A DNA stretch of 64,000 bases from an uncultured bacterium. GTDB lineage: Bacteria; Omnitrophota; Gorgyraeia; Zapsychrales; Aceulaceae. Positions 48,400 through 56,835 of the stretch are shown here, in pieces. The notes under the pieces are model-generated. The model had not been told where the DNA came from, ran no database searches, and saw only the letters and a list, made by a program, of their open reading frames with translations. Position numbers and translations under genes: made by a program. Where the stretch lies: NCBI GenBank assembly GCA_937930175.1, contig CALGLP010000004.1, forward strand, positions 2,163 to 66,162, in the 5' to 3' direction. Within the stretch, counting starts at the first letter, position 1. Every line of letters begins with the position of its first letter.

Positions 48400-48707
48400 T
48401 CCTGGCGGTCGGGCTGCATAAGTTTAGGCTCGACTGCCAGGCGTGCTCAGACGCTTTAAAGGTAGAGCGCGGCTGCGAGGAAGATTCGCCGATTGAAGGC
48501 GTCTGGAAGTTAAAGGACTGGGAGTTTAGGCGGTGTCCAAGGAAACTTGTTGCTAGGGCGAGCATTGAATATTTGAACGCGTATCTTTTTTTCGAGAAAG
48601 GATATCTGCCTAATCCCGGCGGCTGGTTAGATCAGCCGCTTAAATTTATCCAGGCAATAAAGATAATTGAGCGCGAGATTGCCCTGGCAAAAGAGAAAGA
48701 GGATTAA
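47974..48707 (+). CDS. Tail assembly chaperone frameshift product (gpGT-like; -1 shift at 48390-48396)
   Basis: The -1 frame is open from 48396 to TAA at 48705-48707 (103 codons: LILAVGLHKFRLDCQACSDALKVERGCEEDSPIEGVWKLKDWEFRRCPRKL...). It ends exactly at the tape measure ATG (TAATG). Confidence 0.6.
48390..48396 (+). promoter_or_regulatory. Programmed -1 ribosomal frameshift slippery site A_AAA_AAC
   Basis: An X_XXY_YYZ heptamer in the zero frame lies 1 nt before the gpG-like stop. Confidence 0.55.
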
Positions 48708-50251
48708 TGCCTACAAACAGAGAACTCGAAATCATCATGAAATTAAAAGACGAGGTCTCAAAGCGCCTGCAGGGGATTGAAGGCAATCTGCAGAAGTTTG
48801 CTAATTCCTGCAAGCAGCTTGGCGATACGCTGCGTAACGTAGGCAGAGAGATTGCCCAGGTCGGCCAGAACCTTGTTTTTATGGGCGGCGCATTGACCGG
48901 GCCTCTTGCTCTTGCCTTTAAGTCTGCAGAGAAATATTCCCTTTCCGTCTCAAATGAACTAAAACGCCTTGATAATGCCTTTATCGGGCTTCGTGTAAGC
49001 ATTGCCGAGGCATTAGTGCCGGTTGCGCATAAATTGGCCAATGTCTTTGGCAATCTGCTTAATCTCTGGAATAGCCTGACCCCCACAACGCAGCAGATGA
49101 TTGTGCAGACTATTGCCGTCACCGGTATTTTTATGACACTCGGCGGTGTAGTAGTTGCCTTGATAGGGCGCTTGATACGATTAGGCGGGCTCATTATTGA
49201 TTTAGTCGGCAAGCTTGCCCTGTTTGCCTTAGCGCATCCCTGGATTGCCGGGATCGCTATCGCCGTGTCTATTCTTATCGTTGTTTTCCTTAAATTCAGA
49301 GATGTGGCAGTGCCGGTCCTTAACGTAGTTGAGATCGGCGCGCAGATGGTCTACATCGGCTTTGTAAAACTTATTAAGTATCTCTTGGTGGGTTTTGACA
49401 AATTAGCCCTTGGTTTAGAAAAGTTCTATGAGGTCTTAGGCAAACTTCCCGGCAAACTCGGCGAGCCTTACAGGGAAGCTTCAGAGCATATCAAACGTTT
49501 CCGCGATAACCTGCAGGGCTTAATTAAAGCCTCTGACGCGGAGATGGACCGGGTAGGCAATAAGATTTCAAATATATTAGTTACCGGAGAGGGCAGCCTC
49601 GTTAAAGGATATGACAAAGCAAAGAACGCGATAAATAGTTTTATCGATGCCCTTAAGAATTTAGGCAAGGATATCAAGATTGAAGAGGTTGCGCAGAAGT
49701 TTGACGCAATTCAGTCTATGGGAGAAGGCGTTGCCCGGTCGCTGGGGAGCGTATTCAAACACTTCTTTAGTGATGTTTTTAAAGGCCAAATGGATGATGC
49801 CAAAGATTATTTTGCAGAGTTTGGCAACATGATGCTGGAAGTCTTGGCTGAGGTTTTGGCCAAGATGATTCTTGTTAAGACCATTGGTTCTATTTTTCCG
49901 GGCATGATCCCCTTCTTCCACCAAGGCGGCATGATATATCACTCTGGCGGCCAGATTTTACCTGTAAGAGCGCATGCGGGCCTTGCGCCTGATGAGGTGC
50001 CGATTGTTGCGCAGACCGGGGAGGGGGTTTTATCCAGGCGCGGAATGCGCGCATTAGGCGGGCCGGATAGTTTGAAATCCTTAAATGAAGGAAAACCCGC
50101 CAAAGCAGGCATAACCATAAATGTTAACCAGGTCATCCAGGCTTGGGATGCGCAGGATGTCTGGCGTAACCGCAAGATGCTTTCCAATGCGATTGCAGAC
50201 GACATTTATAACAACGGCAAGATCCGTTCGGTAATCAGGAGTTACACATGA
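48707..50251 (+). CDS. Tail tape measure protein
   Basis: 514-aa ORF with helical and hydrophobic central segments, in the position after G/GT. Confidence 0.8.
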   Translation: MPTNRELEIIMKLKDEVSKRLQGIEGNLQKFANSCKQLGDTLRNVGREIAQVGQNLVFMGGALTGPLALAFKSAEKYSLSVSNELKRLDNAFIGLRVSIAEALVPVAHKLANVFGNLLNLWNSLTPTTQQMIVQTIAVTGIFMTLGGVVVALIGRLIRLGGLIIDLVGKLALFALAHPWIAGIAIAVSILIVVFLKFRDVAVPVLNVVEIGAQMVYIGFVKLIKYLLVGFDKLALGLEKFYEVLGKLPGKLGEPYREASEHIKRFRDNLQGLIKASDAEMDRVGNKISNILVTGEGSLVKGYDKAKNAINSFIDALKNLGKDIKIEEVAQKFDAIQSMGEGVARSLGSVFKHFFSDVFKGQMDDAKDYFAEFGNMMLEVLAEVLAKMILVKTIGSIFPGMIPFFHQGGMIYHSGGQILPVRAHAGLAPDEVPIVAQTGEGVLSRRGMRALGGPDSLKSLNEGKPAKAGITINVNQVIQAWDAQDVWRNRKMLSNAIADDIYNNGKIRSVIRSYT

Positions 50252-50586
50252 GCGATTTCACGTATTTGCCGGATTTTCTCATTGATGAGGCACTTGAATA
50301 TAAGACGATTGTTTCGGAGTTTGAAAACGGAGCAGAACAGAGGCGCCGTAAATGGGCAAACCCTCAGCGCAAATGGACGCTTAGGTTTAATAATAGGACT
50401 CATACAGAAATGACGGAGGTTTCAGACTTCTTTAAGAGCAAGTTTGGAGCATTCATGGCGTTTACCTGGACAAACCCGAATGATTTGGTTGAATACACCG
50501 TGCGTTTTGTTGAGGACAGCTTTCAGTTTAGCCGCAAGGCATACGGCGTGTATGATTTTGAATTTGAATTTATCGAGGTGAAATAA
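50248..50586 (+). CDS. Minor tail protein, lambda gpM-like
   Basis: 112-aa ORF directly after the tape measure gene. Size and order are as for gpM. Confidence 0.55.
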   Translation: MSDFTYLPDFLIDEALEYKTIVSEFENGAEQRRRKWANPQRKWTLRFNNRTHTEMTEVSDFFKSKFGAFMAFTWTNPNDLVEYTVRFVEDSFQFSRKAYGVYDFEFEFIEVK

Positions 50587-51197
50587 TGCCGCGAGAGACA
50601 GACAGCACATTTAAGCAAGAGAAAGCCAAGCGCCAGAATTCACCGATATTTTTGTATACGCTTGAAAAATATGACGGCGTAAATGACCTGCGCTTAGCGA
50701 GTTTTGACGAGGATGTAATTTATAACGGCGTTACTTATTCGCGGTTTCCTATAACCCATGAGTTTGTCGGCGAGAATAATCAAGGCCAGATTGACCAGGT
50801 TAAGGTGCGGCTTGCCAATGTCTCAAGGCTGATCCAGCTCTACTTAGAGCAATTTGATTTTAGGGGCAGGAAGGTAACTATTCGTATGGTCTGGCTGGAT
50901 CAGTTATCTGATCCGGATGCCTTTATGGATGATATTTTCTACATCGACAGTTATACGGCAGATCAAAATAACGTGGAGTTTACTCTGACAGGAAAGTTCG
51001 ATGTTCTCGGGGTAGATCTTCCGGCAAGGCGCTACTCGCGGAATTACTGCAGTTGGAAGTTTAAGTCGCCAGAGTGCGGATATTCAGGAGCTGAGCTTAC
51101 ATGCAACAAGACAAAACAGAGATGCAAACAGCTGGACAACTATCAGAGATTCGGGGCGTTTCCGTCGGTACCGGCAAGGCGCATCTACGTGATGTAG
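50586..51197 (+). CDS. Minor tail protein, lambda gpL / BR0599-family-like
   Basis: 203-aa ORF with the C-terminal Cys cluster CSWKFKSPECGYSGAELTCNKTKQRCKQLDNYQRFGAFP, typical of gpL-type Fe-S tail tip proteins. Confidence 0.65.
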   Translation: MPRETDSTFKQEKAKRQNSPIFLYTLEKYDGVNDLRLASFDEDVIYNGVTYSRFPITHEFVGENNQGQIDQVKVRLANVSRLIQLYLEQFDFRGRKVTIRMVWLDQLSDPDAFMDDIFYIDSYTADQNNVEFTLTGKFDVLGVDLPARRYSRNYCSWKFKSPECGYSGAELTCNKTKQRCKQLDNYQRFGAFPSVPARRIYVM

Positions 51198-51601
51198 AGC
51201 AATATATCATCGACAAGTATCTTGGGTTGCCGTATCGGCACAGGGGCCGGTCTTTAGAGGGGCTTGACTGCTGGGGTTTCCTAAAGTTTGTCTATGCTGA
51301 CTTAGGCGTGAGGCTGTTTGATATTGAAGAACTGGAATACAGCAAAATCTGGGGAGCGGAGGGAAAGGATTATTTTAAAGAGCATTACTTCCATGACTGG
51401 GCAAGCGTTAAGGCGCCCGAGATGCTTGACGGAGTACTGTTTGTTAATTCAAGAAGAATTGCCAATCACGCAGGAATAATCTTAAGCAGCGGAAGATTTA
51501 TTCATTGCGCAAGGCCGGGCGTGATTATCTCAAGGATAAATGATCTCTCCTGGCAGGCAAGGATAGAGGGATTTTACAGGTTAAAAGACAAGATATGCTG
51601 A
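51101..51601 (+). CDS. NlpC/P60-family tail-associated peptidase (gpK-like)
   Basis: GLDCWGFLKFVY (catalytic Cys) ... NHAGIIL ... FIHC. The start is uncertain, because the ORF-track start overlaps the previous gene by 97 nt. Confidence 0.65.
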   Translation: MQQDKTEMQTAGQLSEIRGVSVGTGKAHLRDVEQYIIDKYLGLPYRHRGRSLEGLDCWGFLKFVYADLGVRLFDIEELEYSKIWGAEGKDYFKEHYFHDWASVKAPEMLDGVLFVNSRRIANHAGIILSSGRFIHCARPGVIISRINDLSWQARIEGFYRLKDKIC

Positions 51602-54600
51602 CTATAAGGAACATAGACAATCCGTTTAAACTGGAAGAGGCTCAGGTTAAGGAGGTCCCTTACTCCCGTCATAAGACGCTTCAGGAAGTTTTAATTGAGT
51701 CCGGGTTTGATTACGAGAATAAGCGCATTATTGTCAGCGGCAAGCGCATCGAGAATTTATCAGCATATCTTGATAATGAAGACGAGGTTACTATTATCCC
51801 GGAAGTAAAAGCGCCGGTGGTTGCGATTATCTCTGCCATAGTATCGGCAGTATGGGCCGTGGCAGTGGCGCATCCGTTCTTATTTACTTTTTTCGTGCTC
51901 TCCATGGGTTATGCCATTTATCAGCATATGAACCAGCCTAAGATGCCGGATTTTAATTTAGGCTCGGCAACCGGCATGGATGAGGGGTCGCCTACCTACG
52001 GCTGGGATGGCGTGCAGACTATCCAGGAAGTAGGAGTGCCGGTGGCAGTTGTTTACGGAGAACACAGGATCGGCGGGAATATTATCAATCAATTCCTTTG
52101 GGAGGATGGAGATAGCCATTACTTAAATGTTCTGCTTGCGCTTTGCGAAGGAGAGATTGAGTCAATCGAGAGCATTGAAATAAATAACAATCCTATTGCT
52201 AACTTCGGAGGAGTGACGGTTTCAAAACGATACGGCGCAAACTTTCAGAGTCTTGTCAGCAACTTCGAAGACCTGCACAATCTTTATCCGGTTAATGCCA
52301 ATCTGGTTAAAAACAACCCTTATGTTTACACTACCGTGGATTTAGATGTGGAAGGGTTTGAGATTCACTTAAGGCTGAATAACGGGCTTTACCAGCAGAG
52401 CCAAGGATCCGGCGATATCCAAAGTTGGAGCGTAACTTACAAGGTTGAATACAAGCTCCATTCAGAAGGCACTTATATTAATTTAGGCGAGACGACCATT
52501 TCGGAAAAATCCCGCTCCACAGTGCGCAGGGTGTTTCGCAAAGTCGGTTTAGGGCCCGGGCAATACGATATCCGGATCACCCGCACCTCAGATGACAGTT
52601 CGCTTTCACCGCTTCGGCAGGGTGATTTAACCTTATTTCAGATAGATGAGCTTAAGACTGATGATCTAAGTTATCCAAACACAGCTTTATTGGGCCTGCA
52701 GCTTTTGGCCACAGACCAGCTTAACGGCGGAACCCCGAATGTTACAGCAGTTGTAAAGGGCAAGAAAGTTTTAGTGCCGGACATAAGAAACACCGGTGTG
52801 GCGGTTAGCTGGGAAGATTATTATTGGGATGGAGGCGACTATCGTCTTTTATGTGACGATACTTTGCTTGAATGGGACGGCATAACCTATGTCCAGAAAT
52901 TCTCAGCCAATCCGGTATGGTGCCTCAGGGATTTCATTGTCAACAATCGTTATGGGCTGGGCGAGTTTATTTTAACCTCGCATCTGGATAACGCCTCGCT
53001 ATTGGAAATGTCGCAGTATTGCGAAGAGAAAGTGGCTGACGGAAAAGGCGGCTTTGAGAAACGTTTCAGGCTCGATGTCGTGATTGACTCAAATAACAAG
53101 GCGCTCGATATTCTGATTCAGCTAAGTGCTGTGTTTAACGCTATGCCATTATACAGTGCAGGCGGGATATCGTTCAAAATAGATAAGCAAACGCTGCCGA
53201 CTCAGCTTTTCGGCATGGGAAATATCGTTAAAGATAGCTTTGTGCAGAGTTGGAAGACAATCAAAGAAGTGCCGAATGTGATTGAAGTGCAGTTTACAGA
53301 TAAAGAGAAAAATTACCGCCAGGAAACCATTGCTTACATCGATGAGGATGCATTGGCTAACGGCGAGCCGATGCGCAAGAGCCAGCTTCGCTTATTTACC
53401 ACTGGCGCAAGCTATGCTATCCGCGCAGCGCGCTATGCCTTAAAGGTTGCCAAATATATTAACCGCTCAATTGTTTTTAAGGCAGGCATTGACGCAGTTG
53501 CCTGCCAGGCGGGAGATATTATTTCTCTTTCGCATGATGTGCCGCAGTGGGGATTTTCGGGCAGGGTAAAGGACGACTCCACAACGATATTAATTAAGCT
53601 GGACCGGCCTATGATTATTGAAGACGGCAAGTCTTATAAGATACAAATCAGATTCTCTGATGATTCGATTGAGGAAAAATTAATAACCTCGCCAGCCGGG
53701 ACCTATACAGAAATCGCCTGCCAGGCATTCACAAATACGCCGCAGGATTTTGATGTCTATGCCATAGGCGAAACGAATAAGGTCAAAAAAGACTTTAGAG
53801 TTGTAGCGATTCAAAGAGAAGGCAAGAACGAGGTGCAGATTCAGGCCCTGGAATATAACGAAGCGGTTTATGACGATTCTGATATTATCCTGCCGCAGAA
53901 TAACTACTCTTCTTTATCAGGAGAAATTCCGCCCGTATCAAATCTTACGTTAACCGAATCCCTGGTTAAGAAGACTGACGGCACAATTGAAAACGCGATT
54001 GATGTTTGGTTTGACCGGCCGGTGTATGTCGACCACTATGTCAAGTCCTTTGCCAAGGCAAAAATATATTTAAGCGATGACGGCGGCTTAAGCTGGGGTG
54101 CAAGAGGCGAAACAACCGGCTCATATTTCCGCATTATCGGCGATATTGTTGACCGGCACACCTATAAGGTTAAAGTCACATCGCTTACAGATATGGATGA
54201 GGAAAGCTCTCTTGTGACAGCGCCTGAATCCTCAATTACTGTTGTGGGCAAATCTGCCCCGCCAAGCGATGTTTCGACTTTCTTGGTTAACCAGAACAGG
54301 GATCAAATTTATTTCGGCTGGAGCGAGATCCCGGATGTGGACGTTTGGGGATACGAAATCAGGCGCGGAGTAGACTGGGAAAGCGGAGAGGTAATAACAT
54401 TTCAGCAGGGAACACACTATCTTACTACGGGTCTTAAGAAAGGCATTGATCAGAAATTTTGGATCAAGGCAATTGATACTTCCGGTAACTATTCTGAAAA
54501 CCCTACAGAATCAGTCCTTACTGTAGGTGAGATCCCGTTTAGGAACGTAATTGCTGAATATCAGGAGCATCCATTATGGGAAGGCGTAAAGACAAATCTT

Positions 54601-55215
54601 GAGGTCAGTTTTGAGACGCTGGTAATTTCCGACGGATTCCTTTCCGGAGAATATGATACGCCTGTCCGGGATATCGGCTATGTGGCAGCTGCCTTTATTG
54701 AGATAGAGGCAATCGTTTCTCTGTCAACAGGCAGAAGGTTTAACAGCGACCCGGACGCACGGTTTAACGACAGCCTGTCTTACCGGTTTACCGGCCAAGA
54801 GACGCAGAATGTGGCCAATTTTAAGATACGGTTGTCCGAAGACAATATCAACTGGTCCGAGTGGGCAGATTATCAGCCGGGGGATTATTATTGTCGGTAC
54901 TTTCAGCTTAAGATGATTTTAACGCGCGCAAACCTGGGTGACTATGTGACGTGCTCAACCCTGCAATATCTTGCAGACCTTCCTGATGTGGATGATTTCG
55001 GAAGCGATGCAGTAGCGGACGCAAACGAGGGGAAAGAGGTATTTTTTACCAAAACTTATCACGAGGAGCCGAATGTGCATATTGAGATAACTTCCGGAGG
55101 AGGCGTTTATACGCAGTTTGTTGATAAGTCTACGACGAGTTTTAAGGTCAAGTTATTCAATGCTCAAGGTGCCGCGCAGACAGGTACTTTTGACTGGCAT
55201 AGCCATGGAGTTTAA
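51595..55215 (+). CDS. Host specificity / central tail fibre protein, lambda gpJ-like
   Basis: 1206-aa ORF following the M/L/K-like genes, with an N-terminal TM-like stretch and a large beta-rich body. Confidence 0.8.
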   Translation: MLTIRNIDNPFKLEEAQVKEVPYSRHKTLQEVLIESGFDYENKRIIVSGKRIENLSAYLDNEDEVTIIPEVKAPVVAIISAIVSAVWAVAVAHPFLFTFFVLSMGYAIYQHMNQPKMPDFNLGSATGMDEGSPTYGWDGVQTIQEVGVPVAVVYGEHRIGGNIINQFLWEDGDSHYLNVLLALCEGEIESIESIEINNNPIANFGGVTVSKRYGANFQSLVSNFEDLHNLYPVNANLVKNNPYVYTTVDLDVEGFEIHLRLNNGLYQQSQGSGDIQSWSVTYKVEYKLHSEGTYINLGETTISEKSRSTVRRVFRKVGLGPGQYDIRITRTSDDSSLSPLRQGDLTLFQIDELKTDDLSYPNTALLGLQLLATDQLNGGTPNVTAVVKGKKVLVPDIRNTGVAVSWEDYYWDGGDYRLLCDDTLLEWDGITYVQKFSANPVWCLRDFIVNNRYGLGEFILTSHLDNASLLEMSQYCEEKVADGKGGFEKRFRLDVVIDSNNKALDILIQLSAVFNAMPLYSAGGISFKIDKQTLPTQLFGMGNIVKDSFVQSWKTIKEVPNVIEVQFTDKEKNYRQETIAYIDEDALANGEPMRKSQLRLFTTGASYAIRAARYALKVAKYINRSIVFKAGIDAVACQAGDIISLSHDVPQWGFSGRVKDDSTTILIKLDRPMIIEDGKSYKIQIRFSDDSIEEKLITSPAGTYTEIACQAFTNTPQDFDVYAIGETNKVKKDFRVVAIQREGKNEVQIQALEYNEAVYDDSDIILPQNNYSSLSGEIPPVSNLTLTESLVKKTDGTIENAIDVWFDRPVYVDHYVKSFAKAKIYLSDDGGLSWGARGETTGSYFRIIGDIVDRHTYKVKVTSLTDMDEESSLVTAPESSITVVGKSAPPSDVSTFLVNQNRDQIYFGWSEIPDVDVWGYEIRRGVDWESGEVITFQQGTHYLTTGLKKGIDQKFWIKAIDTSGNYSENPTESVLTVGEIPFRNVIAEYQEHPLWEGVKTNLEVSFETLVISDGFLSGEYDTPVRDIGYVAAAFIEIEAIVSLSTGRRFNSDPDARFNDSLSYRFTGQETQNVANFKIRLSEDNINWSEWADYQPGDYYCRYFQLKMILTRANLGDYVTCSTLQYLADLPDVDDFGSDAVADANEGKEVFFTKTYHEEPNVHIEITSGGGVYTQFVDKSTTSFKVKLFNAQGAAQTGTFDWHSHGV

Positions 55216-55217
55216 GA

Positions 55218-55433
55218 ATGGGTAAGAAACTGATACCGAGTAAAGTGATTATCGAGTTTGATAACGGCGCTTTTGTAAGCGGCGTTATTCTTTATAAAGT
55301 AAATGACAGCGGTGAAATAAGCCGGGTAAAAACAATCGGGATTAAGAATGCTGATTTCAGCAAACCGCTACTTAACGGGCTGCTACAAAAGTTTATTAAG
55401 CATGCGGAAAGCGCGGAAGGAACTCAAGAATGA
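55218..55433 (+). CDS. Hypothetical protein
   Basis: 71-aa ORF tightly packed after the gpJ-like gene. Confidence 0.3.
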   Translation: MGKKLIPSKVIIEFDNGAFVSGVILYKVNDSGEISRVKTIGIKNADFSKPLLNGLLQKFIKHAESAEGTQE

Positions 55434-55708
55434 TTTGCTCAAGATGCAAGCAAGAGATCCCCAAAGACATGGCCTATGTGCTGATAAGGGGAAGCATTAT
55501 TTTGCGTACTCCCAAAAAGCGGCCTTTAGTCTTTACCTGCATTGAGCAGGCATTTAATTACGCGCAAGCCTTATTTATGCACGATGTCTGCTGGATTGAG
55601 ACTTTGCGGGAGTACGGGTTAGAGCTTTATGACATGAATAAGGTCGCAGAACAATATAAGAATATGGAGGTGTCCGATGGCTTGGGACAAGACAAAGCCG
55701 GAAAATGA
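55430..55708 (+). CDS. Hypothetical Cys-containing protein
   Basis: 92-aa ORF with an N-terminal CSRCK motif, overlapping its neighbours. Confidence 0.3.
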   Translation: MICSRCKQEIPKDMAYVLIRGSIILRTPKKRPLVFTCIEQAFNYAQALFMHDVCWIETLREYGLELYDMNKVAEQYKNMEVSDGLGQDKAGK

Positions 55709-56249
55709 CATGCTTTTAATTAACTTCCCGGCTGCCTGCAGGGCAAACTGGGAAGCCTTAGAGTTAGGCACGGACCCGAATCTTTTAATTACGAATGCCA
55801 AGGTAGCGCCCGGGGCCGGAATTGAAGACACAAAGCTGGCACAGATAGTCACGCCGAATAAGGTGAGCGGCGCAGCTTTGACCGGCCTGGCAAGCATACC
55901 TTCTGCAGCCGGGGTCCTGCCGGAGGCGAATTCTCCTAATAAGCTGAAAGCCGATGTCAGTGATACAACGCCGGAGTATTTAGACGGGCTTATCGATACT
56001 TTGGTGTTTCAGATTTCAGGAAGCGATAAGCTGCAGCTAAAAGACGGCGGAGTCGGCACTGAAAAGCTGGAAGGAGGCGCAGCTTCTCCGGGGAATAACA
56101 AATGTTACGGAACCAATGCAGGCGGTGCCAAGGGGTTTTATGAGACTATCCCTGTTCACCTTGATTCAGTTCAAGACGGCCAGGGATTAAGATATAGCAG
56201 CGCCAATTCAAGGTTTGAGAACGCGCCGCCCAGAGCGGTATACGCATAA
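55677..56249 (+). CDS. Tail-fibre-like protein
   Basis: 190-aa ORF with the N-terminus MAWDKTKPENDMLLINFPAACRANWEAL and repeated I..(T/A)KLA....KVSGAAL-type segments, as seen in phage fibre N-termini. This is recognition only. Confidence 0.4.
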   Translation: MAWDKTKPENDMLLINFPAACRANWEALELGTDPNLLITNAKVAPGAGIEDTKLAQIVTPNKVSGAALTGLASIPSAAGVLPEANSPNKLKADVSDTTPEYLDGLIDTLVFQISGSDKLQLKDGGVGTEKLEGGAASPGNNKCYGTNAGGAKGFYETIPVHLDSVQDGQGLRYSSANSRFENAPPRAVYA

Positions 56250-56258
56250 AGGAAACAC

Positions 56259-56834
56259 ATGGGAAATTATACAAGCGGGCCCCCGAAAAGCTCCGGAGGA
56301 AATCCAGTACCTACAACATGGACGGACGATCCATTAGTTCAGGATGTTACGCCTATTAAAAAGACGCACATTGTAGAGCTACGGGCTTGTTTAGAAGCCT
56401 TAGACGGCCATTATCATGTATTCAATGGGAACAATTCAAACGCGGAAGTGCCGGATGTATCTGTGGCATGGGCAGAATCAAATGCGCAGCTTATTGTGGA
56501 TGAAACGCCGCCGAAGGCATCGCATACTAATGAGGTTATAAATTTTATCAAGGCCTTTAATGGTCACTACCATTATGTGCCAGCATACAGCATTAATTCC
56601 AACGCCTTTGCGCCCGGTTTTGCTTTTGAGGACGACCCGGTTACAGCGCTTGTTACATGGATCAAGGCATCGGCTCACGAACAATTAAGAAGCCATTTAG
56701 AAAGCTTGGCAGGGCATACGCATATAGTCTGCTGTGAATGCGAATGCACCTGCACTTGTACCTGCACGTGTACTTGTACCTGCACCTGCACCTGCCAGGA
56801 GCAGTGCTGCAGCGAATGCGATTGCGGAGATTAA
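56259..56834 (+). CDS. Fibre-module protein with three His-rich helical repeats and a 16-Cys C-terminal tail containing (Thr-Cys)x8
   Basis: 191-aa ORF ending HIVCCECECTCTCTCTCTCTCTCTCQEQCCSECDCGD. There are three copies of a ~20-residue K..H..EL(R)..LE.L.GH.H unit. Its stop lies 1 nt before the radical SAM gene ATG. Confidence 0.6.
   Translation: MGNYTSGPPKSSGGNPVPTTWTDDPLVQDVTPIKKTHIVELRACLEALDGHYHVFNGNNSNAEVPDVSVAWAESNAQLIVDETPPKASHTNEVINFIKAFNGHYHYVPAYSINSNAFAPGFAFEDDPVTALVTWIKASAHEQLRSHLESLAGHTHIVCCECECTCTCTCTCTCTCTCTCQEQCCSECDCGD
56748..56795 (+). repeat. Imperfect hexanucleotide tandem repeat (ACN-TGY)x8 encoding (Thr-Cys)x8
   Basis: acc tgc act tgt acc tgc acg tgt act tgt acc tgc acc tgc acc tgc. 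Confidence 0.9.
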
Positions 56835-56835
56835 A

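Noticed and set aside
48646-49212. A 188-aa minus-strand ORF overlapping the tape-measure start.
   Set aside because: It is antisense to the tape measure and GT frameshift region within a uniformly plus-strand late operon.
56748-56795. The TC repeat considered as a phase-variation (ON/OFF) microsatellite.
   Set aside because: The unit length is 6 nt, so slippage stays in frame, and most units are interrupted by synonymous changes. At most it allows length variation, not ON/OFF switching.
56734-56835. The ORF-track start of the radical SAM ORF (MNANAPALVPARVLVPAPAPARSSAAANAIAEIK...), overlapping the Cys-tail gene.
   Set aside because: This extension is an alternative-frame read of the ACN-TGY repeat. 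A proper ATG with a GGAG RBS sits at 56836, 1 nt after the upstream stop, and the radical SAM CX3CX2C motif follows 13 codons later.
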